From contig OZ252250.1 in assembly GCA_965249675.1 (NCBI GenBank), positions 2,823,687-2,887,686 of the forward strand: a stretch of DNA of 64,000 nt, read 5' to 3'. This stretch comes from Dehalococcoidia bacterium (GTDB lineage: Bacteria; Chloroflexota; Dehalococcoidia; UBA2979). The notes beneath the pieces are model-generated. The model worked only from the letters and a program-made list of their open reading frames with translations, was not told where the DNA came from and ran no database searches. Positions 1 through 9,780 of the stretch are shown here, in pieces. A program made the translations under genes and the position numbers. How positions within the stretch are numbered: the first letter of the stretch is position 1; each line of letters begins with the position of its first letter.

Positions 1-77
1 TACAGTGCCACAGCCCAGCGCAGCCCGAACGAACGTTGCTGGCGTGAGAACAGGAGTCGTTCCGCCTCAGTTACCAC
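1..77 (-). CDS. Partial (5' end) ABC transporter permease, probably DppC/OppC
   Basis: GTG at 77, 21 nt after the dppB stop, reads MVTEAERLLFSRQQRSFGLRWAVAL and runs off the window edge; identity inferred from operon position only. Confidence 0.5.
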   Translation of the reverse strand, partial: MVTEAERLLFSRQQRSFGLRWAVAL

Positions 78-98
78 TCGTGTCGCCCCCAAGGTCTT

Positions 99-1049
99 CT
101 ATCGGTATCGGATCCGCGGGTCGAGCCAGACGTAGGACAGGTCCACCAAGAGGTTCGAGAGCATGATGAACGCTGCAACGACCATCACTACTGCCTGCAT
201 GATCGGGAAGTCGTAGCGGGTCGACGCCTCGACGATGTAGCGGCCGACGCCCGGCAGCAGGAAGATACTCTCCAGCACGACGCTGCCGGCGACGATGATC
301 GGCAACTGGAGACCGACGACGGTGATGAAGGGGATCAGCGCGTTCCGCAGCACATGTCGCCAGAGCACGATTCGCTCCGAGAGTCCCTTCGCTCGGGCCG
401 TCCTCACGTAGTCCTGTCTCATCACCTCGAGGATCGTCGAGCGAACCAGTCGCATCTTCGTCCCAGAAAGACCCACGGCGAGCAGGGTCACCGGCCAGAT
501 CATGATCAGCATGTGCTGTCCCGGGTCCTGCGCCCAGGTTTTGTATTCGACCGGTGGTGCCCAGGTGAACCAGTAGTAGCCGGCACCAACCACGGCGATC
601 CCGAGCCAGAAGTTGGGGACCGCTAGGAGCAGAATTGCCCCTCCGCGGGTCAGGTAGTCGGGCCAGGTGTCCTGTTTGACGGCGGCGAGCATGCCGATCG
701 GGATGCTCACCACCATCGAGAGACCGAGCGAGAGCAGTCCGAGTTCCAAGGAGACGGGAATGCGGTTCTTGAGTTCGCTCGCGATCGACTGCCCGGTGAA
801 CCAGGACAGGCCGAAGTCGCCACGCAGCGCATCTGAGATCCAGGTCAGATACTGCTGCAGGATTGAGTCATTCAGGCCCAGCCGCTCCTCGATCTGCTTC
901 GTGAGCTCCTCGTCCTGGACACCGGTCTCGAGCAGGATGACGCTGATCGTGTCTACGGGCGCGAGTCGCGCGACGACGAAGATGATGACGCTGATGGCGA
1001 CGATGGAGGGCACGAAGAGCATGAGGCGCTGCGCCACATACTTCTGCAT
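99..1049 (-). CDS. dppB: Peptide/nickel ABC transporter permease (DppB/OppB family)
   Basis: Hydrophobic 316 aa; GDFGLS, DYVRTARAKGLSERIVLWRHVLRNAL (EAA loop), C-terminal LDPRIR. Confidence 0.93.
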   Translation of the reverse strand: MQKYVAQRLMLFVPSIVAISVIIFVVARLAPVDTISVILLETGVQDEELTKQIEERLGLNDSILQQYLTWISDALRGDFGLSWFTGQSIASELKNRIPVSLELGLLSLGLSMVVSIPIGMLAAVKQDTWPDYLTRGGAILLLAVPNFWLGIAVVGAGYYWFTWAPPVEYKTWAQDPGQHMLIMIWPVTLLAVGLSGTKMRLVRSTILEVMRQDYVRTARAKGLSERIVLWRHVLRNALIPFITVVGLQLPIIVAGSVVLESIFLLPGVGRYIVEASTRYDFPIMQAVVMVVAAFIMLSNLLVDLSYVWLDPRIRYR

Positions 1050-1161
1050 TCGCGTGGCTCCCTCACTGCGAAGCGATGCCGGCTATCCCCGGACTCTCGG
1101 ACCAGACCCTTCTCGACGTTGCTCTAGCGAGCAGGCATGTCTGTCCCGACGCGTCCGCGCA

Positions 1162-1206
1162 CACGCCACTCTGATCGGGGCGATAGCCTCTGACCAGAGC
1201 GGCGTG
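1162..1206 (-). terminator. Long stem-loop between SBP and permease genes (attenuator or mRNA stabiliser)
   Basis: Minus strand CACGCCGCTCTGGTC...GATCAGAGTGGCGTG; the two outer-stem mismatches are G-U pairs only on the transcribed strand. Confidence 0.55.
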
Positions 1207-1239
1207 CGTCGATGGGCGTGACCCTCCCGGCTACCCCCG

Positions 1240-3123
1240 CTAGACGTCGAACCAGATGTATGGGTAGTTCTCGCCGGAGATGGAGGTCCCGTCCCCCGAT
1301 TCCCATCCGCCGAAAGCGCCACCCCTGAGGTTTCCTGGCACAAACTCCAGCCGCCCCCACATGCCGTTGACGCTGGGAACCCACCACATCTCGTCGGCGG
1401 CGAGACGTTGCGTCTCGTAGATCATCTCGCGGCGCGCCTCAAGATCACTCTCAAGCCGCTGCCGGCGGATCAGCTCGAAGATAGGCGCTGATCCGGGAGT
1501 GGTCTCGTCGACCGACGGCATGTTCCGCGCACCGGGCGGCGTCATCAGGTTGTTCACGGTCTCGTCGATCGTCGGCCAGGAGGTCATGTTGCCGTAGGCG
1601 ACACTCCACTCGGTTCCCTCGCCAGCGTAGGGACCCTGAACGTATTCGGAGTACTCCATCACATTGATCTCGGCGTTGAGCCCAACGTCGGTCAGCATCG
1701 GGATCTGCGGCTCAAGTGTCCGCAGCCAGTTCGTCGAGGGCACGTTGACGTCGATCTTGCTGTCGTCGGGGCCGACCGCGGCGACCAGCTTGGCGGCCTC
1801 GGCCGGGTCGAACTCGAACCACCTGCCGGACGGCCCCATGTCGGGTCCGTAGGGATCGAGCCACCAGTACTTCTTGTTCAATCCGTACGGCACGGGAAGG
1901 TTCGCCACCCCGCTGTCGATCGTGTAACCCATGCTCGCGGCCAGCTCGGCTTGACCGAATACCTCAAGCAGGGTGAAGCGGTCGAGTGCCAGCGACCAGG
2001 CACGCCGCAACCGTGTATCGAGCATCGGGTTGCCCGGCTTCGACAGGTTGTGGGCAAAGTAGCTGATCGAACTCGTCACCGGGACCGCTCGCACCTGCGA
2101 GTCGGCGGCGCGCTGGAGCAGGTCGGGAGCATCCTCGGTCGCTGGCTGGAAGACGCTGATCTGCCCTGCCGCGAACTGCGCCAGCGCCTGTGCGTACTCG
2201 GGAATCACGATGTTGCGCCAGGAGTCGACATAGGGCAGGGATCCCCCCGCCGCATCCTTGATGTGCCAGTTAGGGTGGCGTGCCCACTCCACCGCGATCG
2301 ACGGCTCCCGGCTTTCCCACATCCATGGACCGGTACCGATCGCTCCCTCGATCCGCTGCGTATCGAGGTCGCCCGCGTTCGCCTCCTTGGAGAAGAGATA
2401 GAGGAGCAGCGGACCGCTCAGCACCTCGGCGAAGGAGGAGTAGGGGAACTTCAGGTGGAAGACGACAGTCTGGTCATCAGGCGTCTCGACCCGCTCCACA
2501 GTCTCCTCAAGGATACCGCGGGCGGGGTTGGTCGCGAGCAGCCGCGTCATGCTGCTGGAGACATCCTCTGATGTCAGGGCACGTCCATCGAGTGGGGGCT
2601 TCGGGTGATAGAAGACATCATCGCGCAGGTTGAACGTCCACACCTGACTGTCCGGCGTCTCCCAGTTCGCGGCGGCGTCACCCTCAAGTTCGGACGCCGG
2701 CTGAATGCCGGGACCGGACTTCCAGCGCACGAGCTTGCTGTAGACGGGCGAAGTCGCGTTCGCAACGTTGCTCGATGGCTCGTACCAGACATCGATGTTG
2801 CGCGGCTCGTTGACGTTCCAGGTCCGCCACTGACCGCCGTACTTCGGTCCCGCCGCAGTCTCCGCGGCCTGCTGCGTCGCAGTGGCCACAGCGGCGGCCG
2901 CGGTGCCGCCGCTAGCAGCGGGCGTTGCAGCGGCGGTGCCACCGGCGGCGGTCGTTGCCGCGGCCGTCGGCGCAGGTACCGCCGGCCCGTCGTCGTCGTC
3001 GCCGCCACAGCCGATCAGTAGCGCCCCCGTCAGTCCGGCGAGACCAAGTCCGCCGCCACGCAGGGCGCTCCGGCGCGAGAGCCGCGTCGAGTGCAGTCGA
3101 TTCCAGTAGTTTAATTCGCTCAT
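1240..3123 (-). CDS. ABC transporter substrate-binding lipoprotein, family 5, Tat-exported
   Basis: ATG 3123 with GGAGG upstream; SRRSALRG twin-arginine motif, LIGC lipobox, Ala/Thr linker, family 5 motifs (WTFNLR, IGTGPW). Confidence 0.92.
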   Translation of the reverse strand: MSELNYWNRLHSTRLSRRSALRGGGLGLAGLTGALLIGCGGDDDDGPAVPAPTAAATTAAGGTAAATPAASGGTAAAAVATATQQAAETAAGPKYGGQWRTWNVNEPRNIDVWYEPSSNVANATSPVYSKLVRWKSGPGIQPASELEGDAAANWETPDSQVWTFNLRDDVFYHPKPPLDGRALTSEDVSSSMTRLLATNPARGILEETVERVETPDDQTVVFHLKFPYSSFAEVLSGPLLLYLFSKEANAGDLDTQRIEGAIGTGPWMWESREPSIAVEWARHPNWHIKDAAGGSLPYVDSWRNIVIPEYAQALAQFAAGQISVFQPATEDAPDLLQRAADSQVRAVPVTSSISYFAHNLSKPGNPMLDTRLRRAWSLALDRFTLLEVFGQAELAASMGYTIDSGVANLPVPYGLNKKYWWLDPYGPDMGPSGRWFEFDPAEAAKLVAAVGPDDSKIDVNVPSTNWLRTLEPQIPMLTDVGLNAEINVMEYSEYVQGPYAGEGTEWSVAYGNMTSWPTIDETVNNLMTPPGARNMPSVDETTPGSAPIFELIRRQRLESDLEARREMIYETQRLAADEMWWVPSVNGMWGRLEFVPGNLRGGAFGGWESGDGTSISGENYPYIWFDV

Positions 3124-3173
3124 GGATCCCAGATCCCTCCTGAACGCCACCAAGTTTGGCGTCGATTGGGAGG

Positions 3174-3213
3174 AGCCTACGCCTTGCGCGCAACGATTTC
3201 AACACATACGTTG
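3174..3213 (-). promoter_or_regulatory. Sigma70-type promoter with overlapping palindromic operator
   Basis: Minus strand TTGAAA (3202-3197)-N17-TAGGCT (3179-3174); inverted repeat CAACG-N13-CGTTG (3191-3213) spans the -35. Confidence 0.5.
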
Positions 3214-3352
3214 TCGCGATTTCAGCGAGACGGGGGCGATCCTCGCGCGGAGGACCGCGTTGCGCCGTGCCGGGGTCACGGCGCCGTTCCCGTCTGCATG
3301 CCGGCTAACACCCGAGTGACGCGTTCGCAGGGCCAGGGATCGAGCTGGCCCC

Positions 3353-3781
3353 TCAGCCGGAGGCCGGCCGGAATTTTGCCAGCGTGATCTCAGGAGTGAC
3401 GTCGTCGAAGACGATCTCGAGCCTCATCCCATAGTGCAGATCCTCTGGATCGATCCCGACGATGTTAGTCGTCAGGCGTGGCCCTTCATCGAGGTTGACG
3501 AGGGCCACCACGTAGGGCGCGACCTTCTGCCACGCGGCATTCCCGGTCGCCCGCTCGACGACGATCCAGGTCCCGAGCGCCGCCCGGCCGCTCATTGGCT
3601 CCCACTCAGCGCGATCGGAGAGGCAGCTGTAGCAGACGGGCGAGACGGGGAAGCGAAGCACGGCGCAGTCCTCGCAGCGCTGCAATCTGAGCTCGTGCTC
3701 CCGCAGCGCCGCCCAGTAGGGGGCGTTGTCCGGATGGACGACCGGCAGAGGAAGTGCGTAGGCTGCCTGCGGCTCCGCCAT
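3353..3781 (-). CDS. Zn-ribbon/OB-fold protein (DUF35, ChsH2 C-terminal-like)
   Basis: CEDC...CYSC zinc ribbon, PYVVALVNLDEGPRL, C-terminal KFRP; immediately downstream of thiolase-fold gene. Confidence 0.92.
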   Translation of the reverse strand: MAEPQAAYALPLPVVHPDNAPYWAALREHELRLQRCEDCAVLRFPVSPVCYSCLSDRAEWEPMSGRAALGTWIVVERATGNAAWQKVAPYVVALVNLDEGPRLTTNIVGIDPEDLHYGMRLEIVFDDVTPEITLAKFRPASG

Positions 3782-3782
3782 C

Positions 3783-4973
3783 TCAGTCCCCCCTCGTCAG
3801 GATCAGCGAGTCGCCGAAGGTAGTCACCCACTGCACAACCGCGGCGTCTGCCACCTGGCGTTCGCCACACTGGTTGCGCAGCTGCCGGACCGCCTCGATC
3901 AGGTGACTGAACCCCCAGTAGTGACCCTCCGACATGAGGCCGCCGTTCGTGTTCACTGGAAGTTCTCCACCCAGTGCGATCCGGCCGTCCTGGATCCACT
4001 GGTGTGCCTCCCCCTCCCCGCAGAAGCCGTAGCGCTCCAGCGCCATCCAGACATTGGTGCTGAATGCGTCGTAGATATACAGCGCGTCGATATCATCGCG
4101 GGTAACGCCCGCCATCTCGTAGACCGGTTGCGGCGGAGCGGTGTACTCGTACTCGCTCTGGAAGCTCACGCCCATCCCGGGCCTCGCAAACATCGAGAAG
4201 TCATCGCGGCTGGTCTGAATCCCCTGCATACCAGAGAGGAAGACGGGCTGGCCGCCCAGCGCGTCGGCCCGCTCGCGGGTCGTGAGGATGAGCGCGCAGG
4301 AGCCCTCGTTCGTCAGGCAGTAGTCGAAGATCCGGAAAGGCGGCGAGATCAGACGCGACTCCATGTAGTCGTCGATCGTCATCGGGCGCCCGTGCATGAT
4401 CGCGTGCGGGTTGAGGTTGGCATGCCGGCGGGAGGTGACGGCGACCGTGCCGAGATCTTCACTGGTCGCGCCGTAGCGTCGCATGTAGTCGCGCGCGATC
4501 AGCGAGCTTCCCGCGCCCGGCGTGTCAAGGCCGTGGTAGTCGACCTCTCCGTGGCCACCGCCGACATCGCGCAAACCCTCCGACCAGGCGTGCCCACCGC
4601 CCCCGCCGAAGAACCGTCGATAGCCACGCCCGGTCGTCACCGTGGTGGTCACCAGCGCGTATTCACAGAGCCCCGCCTCAAGCGCGAGCGCCGCGCCCAT
4701 CAGACAGGTTGAGGCCCAGCGCCCGTGCGACCAGAACTGGTTGACCCAGCGCAGGTCGAGCCCCGCGTGCGCCGCGAACTCGTCGTAGTCGATCCCGCCG
4801 GGCGAGCCGGAGGAGGTGGCGAACCCGTCGATCGCGCTCTTCTCCAGTCCGGCATCAGCGAGCGCGTTCCGCATCGCCTCGACCTGAAGGCGGACCGGAC
4901 TCTCGTCGAGGACGCGTCCAAAGGCGCTGTGGCCAACGCCAACGATGCAGACGGCATTCTTGATCTCGGACAT
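3783..4973 (-). CDS. Thiolase-fold protein, SCP-x/Ltp2-like (probable retro-aldolase)
   Basis: ATG 4973 with GGAGG; IVGVG, YDAF, NTNGGLMSEGH, EAVRQLRNQCGERQV; no nucleophilic Cys at the thiolase position (GRWAS). Confidence 0.88.
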   Translation of the reverse strand: MSEIKNAVCIVGVGHSAFGRVLDESPVRLQVEAMRNALADAGLEKSAIDGFATSSGSPGGIDYDEFAAHAGLDLRWVNQFWSHGRWASTCLMGAALALEAGLCEYALVTTTVTTGRGYRRFFGGGGGHAWSEGLRDVGGGHGEVDYHGLDTPGAGSSLIARDYMRRYGATSEDLGTVAVTSRRHANLNPHAIMHGRPMTIDDYMESRLISPPFRIFDYCLTNEGSCALILTTRERADALGGQPVFLSGMQGIQTSRDDFSMFARPGMGVSFQSEYEYTAPPQPVYEMAGVTRDDIDALYIYDAFSTNVWMALERYGFCGEGEAHQWIQDGRIALGGELPVNTNGGLMSEGHYWGFSHLIEAVRQLRNQCGERQVADAAVVQWVTTFGDSLILTRGD

Positions 4974-5251
4974 CGGCCCCTCCATGCTCCCCAGCCGACT
5001 CAAATCTCGGCGTCCACCGGCCATCCGGTTCGCGCTCCAAGAGGTCGGTGGGGGCCGCGACTCGAGGCTGGCGGACAGCACCGGTCCGCCGCCCGTCACC
5101 GGGCCCAGCCTGCTCCGCCGCTTCGGGCCGGGCCGGGGTCGCGTATACTATCAGTAATGTAACGAGGTCGCGTGGGACGCAGACCTTCGGGGAGCGGTTT
5201 CGGGTCTAGCGCCGGCGGCCGGCGCGAGGCCGCGTTGAAGGAGCAAATCCG

Positions 5252-6466
5252 ATGACAGGACCCTTGGACGGCGTTCGTGTCGTCGACCTCACGCAGGGGC
5301 TCTCCGGCCCCTACTGCGCCGTGCTCCTGGGCGATGCGGGCGCGACTGTTACCAAGGTCGAGCCGCCGGGCGGCGACTACGCGCGCGGCTACGGACCGCC
5401 CTTCATCGAGGGTCAGGGCGCGCAGTTCCTTGAGCTCAACCGCAACAAGCGAGGCGTCGTTCTGGACATCGAACGGGCGGAAGGGCGACGCGTGCTTGAG
5501 CGCCTGCTGCTCGCGGCGGACGTGCTGGTCACCGATCTAAGCCCCCAGCAGGCCGCCGCGCTCGACCTCGACTACGAGACGGTCGAGCAGCTGAACGGTC
5601 GCCTCGTGCAGTGCAACATCACCCCCTTCGGCGAGCGGGGACCGATGGCGGAACAACCCGGCGCCGAGCTCGTGGTCCAGGGCATGGCCGAGTACACCGC
5701 CTCCGTCGGGCGGATCGGGGAGCCCCCGGTGCGTCTGGGCACCGACGTCGCCCAGCTCAACACGGGCGCGCAGGCGGTGCAGGGGATCGTCGCGGCACTG
5801 CTGATGCGCGAGCGAACCGGCGAGGGACAGTTCGTCGACGTCAACATGCTGCGTACGCTGATGCACCTCCGGGGGATGATGTGGACCTCTCACAGCGAGG
5901 GCGTCGATGAGTGGTGGGGATTCCACCAGGACACCTACGTGAAACCTGCCGATCACGGGTACCGGACGAAAGATGGTGCGCTTCTGGTGACCGGCTTCGG
6001 CGGCGTCGCCCCGGAGGCGTTCGAGGGGCTGCTGCGTGACCTGGGCATCCCTGAGCAGGTCAAGGAGGATCCGCGCTGGGCGAACAATGGTGCTGGCGTG
6101 ATCGGCGGAACGAGCCGCTTCGGCTGGCAGGTCGCCGACATCTGGGAGGCGGCGCTCCGGGACAGGACCAGCGCGGAGGTGATGGAGATCCTTGAGAGAC
6201 ACGGACTCAATGGATTCCCTGTCAACAGCTACGAGGAGCTGTTCGAGGACTCGCAGATCGATGAGATCGGGATGGTGCAGGAGGCAGAGCACACCGAGAT
6301 CGGCGCCTACCGCACGCTCGGCGTGCCCTGGATGTTCGCTGAGAGCCCGGCGGCGAACCGGCACGCGGCACCTCTGCTCGGTGAGCACACCGATGCCGTG
6401 CTTACCGAGGTCGGTTACAGCGCGGCAGAGATCGAGGGCTTCCACGTCGCCGGTGTCGCCCACTAG
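5252..6466 (+). CDS. Family III CoA-transferase homologue (CaiB/BaiF) with catalytic Asp replaced by Gln
   Basis: LDGVRVVDL, KVEPPGGD, NRNKRG, APLLGEHT; AAGGAG RBS; GTDVAQLNTG where Frc has GAALGDSNSG. Confidence 0.9.
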   Translation: MTGPLDGVRVVDLTQGLSGPYCAVLLGDAGATVTKVEPPGGDYARGYGPPFIEGQGAQFLELNRNKRGVVLDIERAEGRRVLERLLLAADVLVTDLSPQQAAALDLDYETVEQLNGRLVQCNITPFGERGPMAEQPGAELVVQGMAEYTASVGRIGEPPVRLGTDVAQLNTGAQAVQGIVAALLMRERTGEGQFVDVNMLRTLMHLRGMMWTSHSEGVDEWWGFHQDTYVKPADHGYRTKDGALLVTGFGGVAPEAFEGLLRDLGIPEQVKEDPRWANNGAGVIGGTSRFGWQVADIWEAALRDRTSAEVMEILERHGLNGFPVNSYEELFEDSQIDEIGMVQEAEHTEIGAYRTLGVPWMFAESPAANRHAAPLLGEHTDAVLTEVGYSAAEIEGFHVAGVAH

Positions 6467-6712
6467 GCGAAGCTCTGAGTCGCGCGCAGAGACCCGGGGA
6501 ACACGGTAGCGTCCGCCGAGACCTGATCGCGCATGGCTGAATGCGGTCGAAGGCGTCGTCGGCTCGACGCCCTGTTCTGCCCGACAGGGCCTGAGAGCAG
6601 GCGTCGCCCGCCTGCGGCGTCGCCTCGCGCGGTCGCGGTCGGAGAACGCCCCGAAGGGGACGCGGAAGCGGAGCAGCGGAGTGGTTCGTCGGCGCGGCGG
6701 GACCGGCTAGGG

Positions 6713-8170
6713 ATGGCGCCATTCCGTGGCTGCCGGATCACGCTCGGGGTATTGGTGTGGTCGGCCGCTGCCCTGTTCAACGCTGCCTGTTCGGGGAATG
6801 AGTATCGCCCACCAGAGACCGCGACGACAGCCGACAGCTCAGCGCGCGAGGAGACGGCGACGACAGCCGACAGCTCAGCGCGCGAGGAGACGGCGAAGCC
6901 GGCCTCGCCCCAGATCCCAGATCTTGAGGAGGACATCGAAGCGCTGATGTCTCCCTGCACGCCTTGGGATGTTCGCGCGCCCTGCACCTACGGATTCGAC
7001 CCCGAACGCATCGATCGGGTGGGTGCCGCAGGGGACATCCGGCTGGCGTGGGTCCTCGCCGACATCCTCCGCTTCTCGGGCGACCCTGAGGCGGTCACGG
7101 CGCTCAAACAGGCGATTTGGAGACTGACAGGCGTGCCCACAGGGAGTATCCACCGTTGGAGCAGACTGACCGACTACCTGATCGCGGAGGACGTCCCACC
7201 ACCGGACAACTACCAGCGTCACAAGGGCAGTCTCTATCGCCGCTTCGGTCCGGGTTGGGTCCCCTTCTTCGACGACCCCGATGCCGATGTCGACTGGCGC
7301 TACATCGCGTGGGGTGGCGTGGGCATCGACGATCGACCCATCGGGGCGCCCGACGCACCCTGCACCTGCATCCCGGCGCTGAACGACCCGACACTGACCG
7401 CCGCGGCGAACGGCAGCTGGTACCCCGACGATCGGCTTGTCTTCGGTATAGAGCTGAACGGCGAGGCGCGAGCGTACCCCAAGCACCAGATGCAGGTACA
7501 CGAGATGGTGAACGACACGCTCGGTGGCCGTCGCATCGGGGTCGTCTACTGCACGCTCTGCGGCACCGCCCAGGCCTTCCTTACCGATAGCCTGCCTGAT
7601 GGGATCGAGACCCCCACCGGGACCTTCGAGCTGCGCACATCGGGACTGCTCTCTCGCTCCAACAAGGTGATGTTCGAGCTGCACACGTTTTCCTATTTCG
7701 ACACCTTCCGCGGAAGGGCGATCAGCGGGCCACTCCAGGATGTCGAGCTTGAGCTCGAGCAGGTGACCGTGGCAGTCGCGAGTTGGGGTGACTGGCGAGA
7801 GGGGCATCCCGACACCACTATCGTCGCCCGCGACGGTGGCCTCGGGCGGGAGTACGTCCTCGACCCGTTGGGCGATCGCGACGACGGCGGTCCGATCTTC
7901 CCGATCGGTGAAGTCGATCCGCGGTTGCCGGTGCAAGACCAGGTGCTGGGCGTACGTCACCAGGGGATCACCGTGGCCTTCCCGGAGATCAGGGCGCGCG
8001 CCACGCTCGCGGCTGGCTTGCCTGTCCACCACGCGGGAATCAACGTCGGGTTGGCGTCGGGCGCGCTTGTCGCCACCGCCGCCGACGGCACGCCGATCAC
8101 GACCCACCAGTCGTTCTGGTTTGCCTGGAGTCAGTTCTTCCCTGAGACGGAGCTCTGGGGCGGCGGCTAG
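6713..8170 (+). CDS. DUF3179 domain-containing probable lipoprotein
   Basis: WGGV..D, IPALNDP, ARAYP, HEMVNDTLGG, YCTLCG, SGLL..SNK, FWFAWSQFFP; NAAC lipobox; start uncertain (ORF open from 6533). Confidence 0.85.
   Translation: MAPFRGCRITLGVLVWSAAALFNAACSGNEYRPPETATTADSSAREETATTADSSAREETAKPASPQIPDLEEDIEALMSPCTPWDVRAPCTYGFDPERIDRVGAAGDIRLAWVLADILRFSGDPEAVTALKQAIWRLTGVPTGSIHRWSRLTDYLIAEDVPPPDNYQRHKGSLYRRFGPGWVPFFDDPDADVDWRYIAWGGVGIDDRPIGAPDAPCTCIPALNDPTLTAAANGSWYPDDRLVFGIELNGEARAYPKHQMQVHEMVNDTLGGRRIGVVYCTLCGTAQAFLTDSLPDGIETPTGTFELRTSGLLSRSNKVMFELHTFSYFDTFRGRAISGPLQDVELELEQVTVAVASWGDWREGHPDTTIVARDGGLGREYVLDPLGDRDDGGPIFPIGEVDPRLPVQDQVLGVRHQGITVAFPEIRARATLAAGLPVHHAGINVGLASGALVATAADGTPITTHQSFWFAWSQFFPETELWGGG
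6815..6896 (+). repeat. 36-bp in-frame tandem repeat (2.3 copies) encoding ETATTADSSARE
   Basis: GAGAC(C/G)GCGACGACAGCCGACAGCTCAGCGCGCGAG at 6815-6850 and 6851-6886, plus a partial third copy. Confidence 0.95.
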
Positions 8171-8327
8171 AGCATCGGTCGCGCGCGGTGCCGGGGCACC
8201 GCCGGGAACGGCGGCCAGCGCGGGTGGCAGAATCGCGCTCCACCGCGCATCGCGGCATGGACCGATCGGTCAACCGCTGGCGCTCAGGTAAGCTCCAAGT
8301 GCATCTGGTCTCCGGGGGCAACGCGCT

Positions 8328-9674
8328 ATGTCAATCGAGGGACCGGTCGTATCGGGTCGGCGCGGTATACACCTCTTCCGTGGCTGGTGGATCGTCGGCA
8401 CCGGCTTTGTCGCGCAGATGGCGGCCGCCGGCGCCTCCGGGTGGGTATTCGGCGTGCTGCTGAGCCCGATGGAGGCGGGCCTCGGCTGGAGCCGGACCGA
8501 GCTTGTCGGCGCGCTCACCGTCTCCAGCATCGTCGGTGGCCTGCTGGCCGCGCGGCTCGGGCCGGTAATCGACCGCCACGGTGTGCGGACGCTGATGACC
8601 CTGAGTGCGCTGATCGGCGGCAGTGCGCTGGTATGCGCGAGCTTCGTGCAGGAGCCGTGGCAGTACTACCTGTGCTGGGCGCTCTTCGGTACCGCCACCC
8701 CCGGTTTCGGGCTGCTTGGACCGCGTGCGGCGATCGCGAACTGGTTCATCCGCAGGCGGTCCCTGGCCTTCATGTTCTTTACGTTTGGTTCCGCCACCGC
8801 CGGGATCGTGCTCGCGCCAGCGATGGCTCAGGTCGCGACCGGGCCAGGCTGGCGTCTTGCCTGGGTACTGATGGGGGTGCTCGTCTGGGTCGTCGCACCG
8901 CTCGCCTGGCTGACGGTACGACGCCGGCCGGAGGATGTCGGGCTGCTGCCGGACGGGGCGGCGCTCGATGGCGCGGTCAACCGCTCCGGACCCTCATCGG
9001 CCGGACCGGGCGCGCTGGATCAAGATATCGTCTGGACTGTGCGGGGAGCGCTGCGGACGCGCGCGTTCTGGCTGGCGACGGTCGGCCTGACGTTGGTGTC
9101 ATTGCCCGCCTCGTCGATCTTCATTCACATGGTGCCGTACGTCGTCACCAAGGGCTTTTCACTCGGCACCGGTGCGACCGTCGTCAGCGTCTATGGTTTC
9201 TCCGCGCTCGCTGGGCGGGCGGTCTGGGGGCTCACGATCGGACGAATCGGGATCCATCGGTCGCTGATCTTGTATGCGTTCTCATATGGCGCGTCGGTTG
9301 CGCTGTTCGTGCTGCCGAACTCGCTCGCGTTGATCTACGCGACGACTGTGTTGCTTGGGGTGTCGATCGCCGGCGGTCAACAACTCCAAGCCCAGGTCTA
9401 CCCCGACTATTTCGGGCGTTACATCGTCGGCGCCCTCTCGGGCTACTCGGGTCTCTCCTACACGCTCGCGCGGGCCGTGGCGCCGCTCTACGCGGCCATC
9501 CTGTTTGACGCGACGGGCAGCTATCAAGTCGCGTTCGGAACCTTTGCTGCGTGCTGCCTGGTCGCCGGGCTTGCCTTCGTCGCCGCATCGCCACCGACCC
9601 CGCCAACGGCGCTGAGGCGTGAGATGAGGAGCGGCCTGGGTAGCGCACCGTCTTCGGGCGATTCTGTACACTGA
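8328..9674 (+). CDS. MFS transporter (OFA/MCT-like)
   Basis: About 12 TM segments; GPVIDRHGVR motif A; ANWFIRRR; DYFGR; FDATGSY. Confidence 0.92.
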   Translation: MSIEGPVVSGRRGIHLFRGWWIVGTGFVAQMAAAGASGWVFGVLLSPMEAGLGWSRTELVGALTVSSIVGGLLAARLGPVIDRHGVRTLMTLSALIGGSALVCASFVQEPWQYYLCWALFGTATPGFGLLGPRAAIANWFIRRRSLAFMFFTFGSATAGIVLAPAMAQVATGPGWRLAWVLMGVLVWVVAPLAWLTVRRRPEDVGLLPDGAALDGAVNRSGPSSAGPGALDQDIVWTVRGALRTRAFWLATVGLTLVSLPASSIFIHMVPYVVTKGFSLGTGATVVSVYGFSALAGRAVWGLTIGRIGIHRSLILYAFSYGASVALFVLPNSLALIYATTVLLGVSIAGGQQLQAQVYPDYFGRYIVGALSGYSGLSYTLARAVAPLYAAILFDATGSYQVAFGTFAACCLVAGLAFVAASPPTPPTALRREMRSGLGSAPSSGDSVH

Positions 9675-9780
9675 CGGTGATCTGCCGCCTGCGAAGGTGC
9701 GTCCCACAGAAGTGCACGGAGCGTCGGCAGCCAGACACCGTCTCGCAGAGAGTGCGGGCGGCGTCGCGACGGAGACCGAA

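Noticed and set aside
2860-3010. Low-complexity GCC/GCG-rich stretch
   Set aside because: Encodes the Ala/Thr/Gly linker of the lipoprotein SBP; not a separate repeat element
3228-3295. Three-way-junction-like fold (AGACGGG...CCCGTCT with two hairpins) as a riboswitch
   Set aside because: Lies upstream of the predicted SBP promoter, matches no riboswitch consensus I know, and such folds are common at this GC
6467-6600. Partial resemblance to the c-di-AMP (ydaO) riboswitch (GGGGAAC, GCTGAAT, CCCGACAG)
   Set aside because: Lacks the conserved CAGCTAAC and GTAGG elements and pseudo-symmetric pairing; cmscan with RF00379 would settle it
6713-8170. Selenoprotein DUF3179
   Set aside because: No in-frame TGA; motif is Cys-encoded
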